This document shows, piece after piece, positions 1 through 10,294 of a stretch of DNA of 64,000 nt. Each line of letters begins with the position of its first letter. Positions within the stretch are counted from its first letter, which is position 1. The notes under the pieces were generated by a model, which saw nothing but the letters and a program-made list of their open reading frames with translations, was not told the origin of the DNA and did no database searches. The stretch is from NCBI GenBank assembly GCA_003344405.1, contig NOWV01000001.1:992001-1056000 (forward strand), given 5' to 3'. Made by a program: the position numbers and the translations under genes. Origin of the DNA: Trichoplax sp. H2. Its lineage: Eukaryota.

Positions 1-320
1 TATGATTATTATTCCAAAAGGCAAAAATCACAATAATCAAATCTAGATTAGTCTAACAAACGTTAAAATTACAGATTTAATCTTTGCAAAGATTAGGCAA
101 ATTATTAAATTGATGTTGGAATTTACTACTAATGGCTGCTAGTTTAAGAATACGTATAACCTAAGCAAACGGTTCAATTGATTTTGCAATTACCAATAAT
201 GACTGCTAACGTAAAATCATTATCTTAGCAAAATATTAAATTGATCTTTCAATCATTAATAATTAGCGGCGAACGTGAGATATAACCTAAATTGGACCTG
301 AATCTAATTGTGCTGTTAAA

Positions 321-3300
321 TTAATAGATGTCGTAGCATTTCTCGTTTTCCATTTTTGAATAGACGGTCATTTCTGCATCAATAATTGGATTTTCAAGAG
401 TATCGCTGTTACTATTCCAAGAGAATGTAAGGAATCTAGCTAGTCGTTTTCTTGTTATTGCAATGCTGATCGCTATACCAAGCACAACTAGAATAACAAC
501 TGGTACAACCACCGCAGTAACGGCGTTGGAATTACTGGGCTGCTCTAAAAGGTATAATATGCAAGAGTTAGGTTATGCTATAATTAAAGAAGAAAAGACT
601 TAAAGACAGTAAATCCTAAATAATGTGATAAGAAAGGTATACCCGTCGAATTAGATTGATCTGGTACAGATACGTTCCTTCCTGGTATTATTGTACTAAA
701 AAGGTATGGAGGATCAGTTAGTATCATAGTATAAATATTCTGAAAGTGACTTTATTTCATGCAACAAATATCATGAACAACTGTATATATATACTTTCAA
801 GTAATTTTATTTTGCTCGTAATCTGTATAGATATTGATCACTGGGATATTCATCTTTATAAAACTGATGATACTGATACTTTTATACGCCACACTTACCT
901 AATTGTTGAGGTTGGTATAGTTTCTACCACAGACATAGTTGATGTAATGTGCTTTGAATCGAACCACGTACTTCTTTCCATGTGCATGTTATCACTGCTC
1001 TTCTTATTGGTATCACCATCATTTGCAAGAGTGATTGTTGTCAATATAGTTCTAATATTACTACTCGTATGACTAATATCATAGCCGCTAGTGAAGGAAG
1101 AAAAAGTTGTACTAGAAGATAGTAGTTTATACTCAGAGAATGTCGATCTTGACGCTACTGTTCTTTGACTTGTAGTTCTCCAAATTTTGGAATTAAACGT
1201 AGCCATAGCTGAAGGTGTAGGAGGCTTACAACTTTGATTTTTCAAAATGATTGGCGCCACTGTGGTCGACGTAATGTGGGTGTTAAAAGATTTAGTCAGA
1301 AAGAGAGGGACGCCTATTCTTAGAAGTTGATCATGACTATCGCTATTCCTAATACGATAAATATTAATAAAGTGATAAAGGATAGTTTTAACTAATCATA
1401 CTTAAGATCATGCTGTTAGTATTAAAAATTTAATATAATTTAGATAAAATTAAGTAATTATGTATGGTGCTGTGATATATTCATGGCATAAATCTTACCT
1501 GATTTCAATTTCTAGCATAATGATGCGATTAGAAAGGACTGGATGAGTTATAACATGGATGTTAGTTAATGCTTGTTTAATTGGATAAATCCATAAATGA
1601 CCAGTTCGACTTGCATCTGTGATATTAGCTATTTCCATAGCTGAATGAGGAATTATGGCTATTATTTGATTCTTGTGATACAAATGATGAGTATCGATTG
1701 AGATGATATAATCATTGGGAAAATTCTGATCAGAGTGGGGTGATACAGCAACATATTTCCCATCACCATATTGGTTTATCCCTTTTATAAATGTACAATT
1801 GTGACAAATTAAATTCGTAATATTCTTTGGAAAGAATAGCTGACCAAAATCGATCATGAATACATTGTTAAAAAATTGAGTATATGGGCTAGCGACGTTA
1901 ACCATGGCATCCCATAAACCGCCAAATCGAAAAAGGCAGTATTTTAAGAGACTTGATCGATTATTATGGTAGAATGTAATCCGATTCCAACGAGTAGACT
2001 GTGGATAATTATGATACTTGTCGATGCTGGTAAATTGAATTTGATGAGATAAATTTCCTTTTGCTATTATCGATCCAAATACTTGAATTTGTGACGCTGC
2101 ATCCATGTAGATTATAACGCCAGACTCAATGGTCAAAGTGACATCAGATGGTATGGTTAACGACAAGTAGATTAAATGTGGATTATCTTTCCTTGACCAT
2201 GTTGTATTTGATGCCAAGCTATCTTTATGAAGAGTGAAATTAGTAGTTACAATTTGATTCCAACGATTACGGAAGACAGTATAGTCGACATAGGAAAATT
2301 GAGAATTCCATCTTGCGTCATTAATAACTTCAGTCACATTGAAATAATCATCGACGCCCCAAAAACAATATCGGCTATCGACAACTTTATCGTAAGAGAA
2401 TGGTGCTAAATTACATAATTGAAAGGCTACATTTGGGTTATTAAAATAATTCCATTGATAGGATGGTGAATTAACTAGATTTTTGACAATGCAATATTTA
2501 CCGTCTTGAACATTATTGGTTTCAGTAATATTATTAGATTTAAATTGCGAATTGTCATCAACAAGTAATGAAATTAAGTCTGTTTTATATATACTGTTCT
2601 TATAAAATATATTTTCTTGTATATTAACTTGATGGTTGTAAGCTTTAAGATTATCATTGCTATAATTATCTACATGTTGAGAGCATTCAAATTTTATTAA
2701 ATTATGTTGACAATGGTTATAAGTAAAGTTGTTTTTAAGTACATTAATAATAATAGTATTATTAGGGCTACATAATACATCAAGAAGCGAATGACGGCCA
2801 TAGAAATGATTAATAAATTGATTCTGTTGGATTGTTAAGATTTTTAACTGAGAATAACTTTGCATGTATTGAAAATACAATGTCTCAATTGAATTAAATG
2901 TATTATTCTGAATATTAATATTGTTGCCAACTAGTATACAATCTTGAATTGCAATAGCTACTTTTAATAAAGTAAAGTAACACTGGCTGATCGATAATTT
3001 ATATGGCTTAATCAGCGTTTGATTCCAGAGTTTTTTCGTATTTAAAATTATGCCGTTATTGCCATAGCCACTTAATGTAGTTGCAAATATAGTATTGTTG
3101 CCAACTAGATGTTGTGCGCTAATACAACTAGTATTAACCAAATGCCGACTATATCGAAAGTGGCACCATTTAATTCTTATTTGTCCAAGGTAATATTGTA
3201 ACATGTTTGTTGATGCTTGATTAAATATACAATGGTAAAAGCTTGGATTACCTGATTGAATGATGATACCTCCATCGTAGTGCACAGTATTAAAATTAAC

Positions 3301-4962
3301 ATATTGGAAATTCGATTGATTTATTAGTCCGTCTTGGCTTGGATAATGATTATTCCATTCATCATTGGATAACGGAATATCTTGATTGATGATAATCTTT
3401 CCTTTTTCTTTGATTATCCAAGTTATGGGATTTTCGATTGTACCTTTAGCATAGATCCCTACATTGCTCGTAATTTGAAAGATCTGTTCTTTATCTATAA
3501 TGATTTGGCTACCTGGCAATAGAACCAAAGTTGTTTGATTTAAGATAGTATGAACATTGTTTTTATTGCTACTTTTGTAACTTGTCCATGTTTCAGAGCC
3601 TAGAATAGCACCAAAATGAACCAGGGGATCACTTGGGTAGATCTTTCCATTAGGTTGTGATAGAAAATAGGAATAAACAGCAGGACTTTGAACGTTATAA
3701 AGAATTCTCTGAGAGATGTAATGAACATCAGTGCTGCCCCAATAGCAATATCTGGTATCTAAATAACCATTCAATACATCCGAAATATTAATTTCACAAT
3801 CAGCTCTATCATTGGAAAATGTATTATTCCTTGCATCTATTCCATTTTTTGCACTAATAAATATAGCACAAGCAGTTTTTTCTGCCGTTGACCAACTTTC
3901 AACATGATTATCGACAATAGAGTTTTGGGTTAATTGATGATGTGTACCTTGATCAATAACTATGATAGCATAACTACCGACGTTAGTGCTTATGAAATTA
4001 TTTGTTAAAGTGATATGTGTATTTGGAACCCGTACAGATTTAATATTTAAAGCACCGATAAGATTGGCTTTGTTATTGATAATTTCGTTATGATTGATAG
4101 TAATATTACCAACAAATTCGATCTGCATAGCAGCATCATCGCTACAGTGGTTGTCTCGGACTAGATTATGACTAATAGACAGCTTTCTACCAGAGCCGAT
4201 AACTTTAAAAATTTGTTGATTTCTTATAATTTGGTTCTTACTGATGTTGATAAATTCTTGAATAGCAGTTGGTGATCTATAGATCTCGATCGCAACTCCA
4301 CCAGTATCCATAATAATATTATTAGTAAGAGAAATGGCGTTGCAGTCTTTCAGGAAAATATGAGTATCATGGCCAAGATATAGTCCATCGTATGCTGTAA
4401 TAGCTGACCCTTGACTACCAATGATAGTGCAATTATCCATTTCTATCCATGACCGAGTAGCTTCAACTCCAACATCGGATACTTTGATATAAACATTTTG
4501 TAATTGAACGATCGATTCCATAGCGGAAATTGCGAGATGTCCTCCAGTAATATTACAATATCTGAGTATAGAAGCGTTATCTTGGCATGAAGTATTAGTT
4601 TGTAATGTTTTTAGCCAAGCTGCGCCATAGAATGAAAGAGTATCATAATCATTACTTTCCTGAATGAAATAAATATTTTGGCTTGATGTCCCCTTGGCAA
4701 TAAGTTTTCCATTAATTTCTAAATGTGAAGTTTGACAGCGTACAACAACGCCTGCTTCAATGGTTAGTGTTGCATTTGCTCTAACAGTAGTAGGACCAAT
4801 GGAGCGAAGGCAATAAGGACTGTGTTGAACCTTCCAAATTACAGATTGTGAAATATCTTCCTGAGTAATGGTCTTGCATTTGGTTGTAGTCGATGCAGAT
4901 AGGGAGAAATTAATGAAATGGGTTAAAATGATAGCTACGAAAGATAAATATTGGCTGATCAT
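321..4962 (-). CDS. Large type-I transmembrane protein with repeated right-handed parallel beta-helix (PbH1/pectin-lyase-like, G8/Bark-beetle-like) modules, a Ser/Thr-rich stalk, a TM helix and a short cytoplasmic tail
   Basis: Four exons join in frame through GT-AG introns: 4962-1499, 1348-899, 695-643 and 544-321. The ATG at 4962 begins a signal peptide (MISQYLSFVAIILTHFINFSLSA). The ectodomain has repeated 'W..SPY..TV..ATLTIEAGV..I.G.LIAKG....I.F' and 'D(T/S)RYC(Y/F)WG' motifs and Asn-ladder repeats. Exon 2 is S/T-rich, and exon 4 encodes the TM AVVVPVVILVVLGIAISIAI followed by TRKR. Confidence 0.8.
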
Positions 4963-6891
4963 GTCTGATACGACTTCTCTTTTCACGGCCTTGGTGTTTT
5001 ATCTACGAAATAAAAAGTAGTAAAACGATGCTTGATGACTTGGCAAAGATTGAGAGTAACACGTTGGTATTTTTGCACTATTTTTAAATTTGTAAAAGGT
5101 TCGATAGGCATAAGTGTGATATGCAAATCACCTATATTAGATCGATTTTCAATAAGAAGAATAAGATCAATACTAAAAACTACACCAGAAAGAAAATCCG
5201 TTTCTCCTGATGTGTTAATACCTGGAATTGAATCCAATTAATTCTAAAAAAATCTTTTCACTTCAGGATCAAGAAAGTGTTCAAGGTGATTTTAACACAA
5301 ACGGTTGGAATTCTCAAAATTTGCAATGGTCGAGCTAATTCCAAAATACAATCTAGCCAAGTGTTCTGGATTTTAAGCTTTATCAATTCAATCTAGACTA
5401 AATAAAAAAAAGCAAATACTCGTCAGGGTTTTTTTTCCTCGGAGTTTGCATGCGCGTGTGAGAGTGACGCGCTTACGTGAGTCCATTTAAAATGGTAGGA
5501 AAAAAATTCACGTTTACTTACAAGCGTCGTCGGTAGACAAACTTTTTCAGTTCAATTTTATGATACGATTAGAAAATAAAAGCTACCACCATTACTTTAA
5601 ACCAGAGTGGAAAAATACTACTGGAGATTACGTCTAGAGAGAACTTTCTACTGACGGTGAAAAAGAGATGGTAAATTTTCGATCGTCAATGAGCTGGAGG
5701 AAGGATCCAATACGTATGATCCTTGATTACCCTATCATTGCCAATTTGATTGGTCAGCAATAACTTTATTTGGTTATTGTTAGACTAATGGAAAGCCCTT
5801 AGTTATAAACTAGTTTATCTGTCATATTCTTACGTTTTATTCATTCATTCACTTGATACTAAATTGATGCTTAATGGATGAGCGCAAGGTATATTTAGTG
5901 TTGCAAATTACCGTATTGTATTCATAAGTTGTTATTACAAAGTCCCAATCGAGCCTGGAGATTTTGATTCGATGCCCATAAATTGCATTATTAGAACATT
6001 GTAGTTATAGGCGAGAAAAATGCCACCACTTGACATGATCGTATGATTTGCGATGGTTTTATCTCTCTATATATGTATATTTGATTCTAGTATATAAACA
6101 TACATAGACTGGGATCATATGATCATATGAGATAATAAATTGAGGGTATAATACCGTAGAAGTAAATTTTAATGAACTACGGGATTATTGAGGCGATGTA
6201 AATTCTTCGTGGAAACTCACAAACTTAAATTAATTAATTGTTGAAGTAAACCTTATTATCCTTGAATGAGTCAAATCTGCCTAACGTTCTGTTCCTTACA
6301 CTTTTCTTGTGTTTCTTTTTGAATTTATTCAGTAAACTGTAGCGCTCAAAGCACAGCACAAGACATGGTAATTTCAGTTTTAATATAAAAATTAAAAACT
6401 GCTGTCTCTTAGCAGATGGATTATTTCATTGTATATCAGTTAGAAGCTTAATACAGTCAGCGAATTGCAAAGCATCATAGCTATTTTCAAATATCGACAT
6501 CATTTCCGGCGTCATGGAATGGATGGAAGAAGCTGGCGCATTTATATCTCGGTGTAAAATATTCCTTTACATCATCAGATGCTATCCCCTTATCAATCGC
6601 TCGCTTTTAGTATGATTTGTTGTTATTGATTTTTTGCAGTGAATGGTGGCCCGCAGGAGGTCATAAAATCTTTAATTTAGTTTCCAGTTAATAAAAGAAA
6701 GAAATCAACCTTATAGCTAAGCTATACTGTATATTCGTCGACACCATCCTAGAGTGGCGAGATATTTTACAAGTTTTTTTTCGACCCTTTAATTATTCTA
6801 TATTTGAAGTGGTATTGGAATTTCTGTAGTAAGTGCATGTGGCGCATTTTTCGGGGGTCTCTTTCTAGCATAGGCAAGAACCTATCGCATA

Positions 6892-7360
6892 CGTATTTGC
6901 AACCGAGGCAATTTCACTATTTTGACAGCCAAGATTGAAGATTTTGATGCATGGCTTTCCATCTGAGCAGCTTGTCGTGGTTGAATTGCCTAATTCGCTC
7001 GGAAGGCTCTCGGCATTTATAGGCTGTAAATCGCCGAAAGCGATGCGTTTGTGGATAACTTTAGTAGACGTAATATGTGGGAAAAATTGGAATGGTATAC
7101 GGGAAATGCTCATTCTATCTAGCGCTGTGCCGTATTTGCAATCGAGGCAATTTCACTATTTTGACAGCCAAGATTGAAGATTTTGATGCATGGCCTTCAA
7201 TCAGTGCAGCTTGCCGCGGTTGAATTGGCTAATTCGCTCCCAAGGCTGTCGGCATTTATGGGCTGTAAATTGCCGAAAGCGATGCGTTTGTGGATAACTT
7301 TAGTATTCGTAATATGTGGGAAAAATTGGAATGGAATACAGGAAATACTCATTCCATCTA
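6892..7360. repeat. Two-copy tandem repeat, unit about 239 bp, diverged by scattered substitutions
   Basis: 'cgtatttgcaa(c/t)cgaggcaatttcactattttgacagccaagattgaagattttgatgcatggc...' starts at 6892 and again at 7131. The paralogous ORFs 6935 and 7174 in the track arise from this repeat. Confidence 0.95.
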
Positions 7361-7978
7361 GGGTTGCGCGGAATACTGTACTCGTCCACGGCAGCCCTCT
7401 TTTTCAGTCGAGGACAATTTACCGCTATACAATGTAGTAGTAGAGGATGGAAACAATATCAATCTCGATTTGATATGCCGAGGGTGGATTCAATATTTAT
7501 AGGGTAAAATTAATTTCATGCGCGACATTATCCGGTTTCGCTTTTTTTTAGGCTTTCTCTATCACACCTCGCACCTGCCAAATCGCAGTCGACTAATCCC
7601 TGAATGGCCGTATGGCGATGTCAACACTTGAGCCGTTCAGTACTGTGTGTGCGTTTGTTGTGTACGGTACCGTACTGTAGTATATGCAGTAATTCTAGTA
7701 GTCCAGTACAGTACTATACTAGATTTGTAGAGGTGTTTCAACTGTTTTTGAACATCTCACTCACAGTAATTTCACACGTGGCGCTAGCCGCATACAGTGG
7801 GTATGGCTACGGACAGGATGTACAGCTGTACAGTACGCTGACAGTCTTGATTAAACCGTCAGCAAAGCGACGGGAGTTTGCACTAGTAACACTAAATCTT
7901 ACAGTACTGATACTGTACTGTACAGTGTACAGTACAGTTCAGTGCTACTGTACAGTACATGTACAGTAAGACTGCATG

Positions 7979-8050
7979 CTATATATTGCAACTGCGCAGT
8001 CTAATCTTCTTCTTTTTACCTCTTTCGAAGATTCTCGACATTGAAGTCAT
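7979..8050 (+). promoter_or_regulatory. RPS12 core promoter with a 5'-TOP/TCT pyrimidine tract and a non-coding exon 1
   Basis: TATA-like 'ctatatatt' at ~7979 and the pyrimidine run cttcttctttttacctctttc at 8006-8026, followed by the donor GTAAGT at 8051. This is the typical ribosomal-protein gene start. Confidence 0.65.
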
Positions 8051-8612
8051 GTAAGTTTCTCCTTCAATTTCTGCTGCAATCATGCAATAATCTTTTACCA
8101 TCGTTATGAATTACATGCAAATATGGGTAGAAATGTTAAAATGACATGATGATACTTCCAGAACCAGTATACTTTCGTGATAGCTAAAATGGATTAGATG
8201 TCCGATTTCCGTTTGAATTTGCATGTGATGTGGAGTAGTATAGTGATCTACTCGACACGGTAGGCTGTTTTATTGCGCTGATGGTGGAATAGGACAATCA
8301 GGATAAAAGTGTGCAATCATGCTATACGTATTTCTGTATCTCAGTTGTAGTAAATAGTGGTTATAGATTGAATTAAACCAGCGTTCCACTGTAGATCAGA
8401 TGGATAGATTGCTAATTTACGATCAATTTCTCTGCTAATCTCCCAGTTGATTAGACATTGCTGCACAGTAATATCGGATACTGCTAGTTCTAAAACGATC
8501 AACTGTATGGTATTGACCACCGTTGTACGTCATATCGTCCATTTTGCAATCCTGCTAATCACTTATCCTTATTTCTTATTACATTAGCGAGGAGATCCGC
8601 TATTAAATCATC

Positions 8613-9958
8613 ATGTCTGACGCGGAAGGGTAAGGTTTTAGAAATAGATGATATACATTTTATCTTGAATTTTTTTCCACCATAGTAACTTCAACTAAAG
8701 TAATTTTCTTGCATCGCGTAGAGATGATCAACCTCAACCTCAAGTTGAAGCTGAAGCTACTGAACGCCCCGGTGACGTCCAGAGTGCTTTAAAAGAAGTC
8801 TTAAAAAGCGCTCTTATTACCAATAACTTGGCTCGTGGTATCCGAGAAGCCTGTAAAGCCTTAGATAGGTAATGAATAGTGCTGGAGAGTGGCTTAAAGT
8901 AGCTGCAAGACACGTGTGATGACTTCAGATTACAGTAAAGTATTCTAAGGCAAAGTACTAAAATGACATGTCCTTTGGATCTTCTTATAGGCGTGAAGCG
9001 GACTTGTGTGTCTTAGCAGAAAACTGTGATGAACAGCAGTATGTTAAACTGATCGAAGCTTTATGTGCTGAACATCAGATTCCATTGATGAAGGTACTGT
9101 TGGTCATTTTTATCTACATTAATCAATTTATACTCTATTCTGTTGATGTTAGCAGAAACGTTGAATTATTATCAGATTTACTGCAGGTTAAACTATTTGA
9201 TGTTGTAACTTTTATTTAAATCCGTATGTAATCCAATCCTATAGGTACCTGACAATCGCGAATTAGGCGAGTGGTGTGGTTTATGTAAAATTGACAGAGA
9301 GGGTAAAGCTCGAAAGGTGGTCAAGTGCAGCAGTGTTGCTGTTAAGGTATTAGCTCAGTAATATTGTGATTGTTAATTAATCATATCTTATTAGGGATTT
9401 CTAGATACTGCTTGAATAGAATTACGATAAATAATTTACTTGTGACAGTGTATGCTATATTAGTTCATAGTACAGTGCAGTACTGTTGGAAGTAAACCAT
9501 ATTCTCGATATGATATGTAGTTGATCCTATGAAGATATAGCTGCTCCCTCTTCTGATTTAACATATTGATGAATGGCAGACTTCCGGAATCAATTTTGTC
9601 GCGGCTGAGGATATAAATTACCTTTACTTATGCTATGTATTGTTAATCATATCGACTGAGGCTTTTATACTGTCAATAACTATTAAAATAGTAACATATA
9701 CACTATCACTACTGTATGTAGTTTCTTGAGGCAAATCTGCTAGTACCCTTAATAATGACTTCATTTTACATACTATAATCCATCTTATAAAGTCTCTTCT
9801 TTCACGACCTATAGTTTAGACACATTACTTCAAGGTTATTGTATGTTCCTGGCTTAATCATGGCTTGTTTATACGTTTTGTTATTATAGGAAGTCGCCAA
9901 GGATTCTGGTGCTTGGGATGTATTACAAGAATACTTCAAAGCTCAAAGTTCTGATTAA
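8613..9958 (+). CDS. RPS12: 40S ribosomal protein S12 (eS12)
   Basis: Exons 8613-8629, 8722-8868, 8991-9093, 9245-9346 and 9890-9958 give MSDAEG...[97 protein letters not shown]...EYFKAQSSD*. An AATAAA lies at 10056. Confidence 0.97.
9524..9612 (+). ncRNA. Intronic box C/D snoRNA, SNORD100-like (predicted guide for the 18S rRNA Gm436-equivalent site)
   Basis: Terminal stem ATCC(9524)/GGAT(9609); C box ATGAAGA at 9529; guide GCTCCCTCT at 9543-9551; D' CTGA at 9553; C' TTGATGA at 9566; D CTGA at 9605. The guide is complementary to the conserved 18S sequence AGAGGGAGC. Confidence 0.8.
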
Positions 9959-10294
9959 GCTACTTCATCTGGAAGATATATGCCATTGTAATTTAGCCAG
10001 CAATTATAAGTTTTACATCTGTACTTTTGTAATAGAAAGCTGACAAAATTTGAGCAATAAAAAGACTCTTCAAGCATACATACTTTTCGTGTCGTAGTTG
10101 TCTCTTAGAGTGCTGTACCAGGCTGTACACTATGCATAGGAGTATACAAGTCGACTGGATCACAATTTTTGTTCGTTAGGGAGTATCTATTTACTTTGAT
10201 ATGATGGTATTCTTTTAATACGTCCACATAAAAAAGATGAAAAATAACCTTGACTTTATTTTGATATCCTCGTCGTGTGCTAGAGAAAATAAAT

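Noticed and set aside
4963-4986. GTG start at 4986 for the 1163-aa ORF
   Set aside because: Eukaryotic initiation favours the ATG at 4962, which directly begins the signal peptide.
7050-7298. TGTGGATAA (bacterial DnaA box) in both copies of the 239-bp repeat
   Set aside because: The context is eukaryotic and intron-rich. It is one 9-mer copied by the tandem repeat, with no origin-like cluster or bacterial genes nearby.
6865-7507. ORFs 6865, 6935, 7174 and 7316 as a small paralogous gene family
   Set aside because: They are by-products of the tandem repeat, several have non-ATG starts, and none has a recognisable domain or splice structure.
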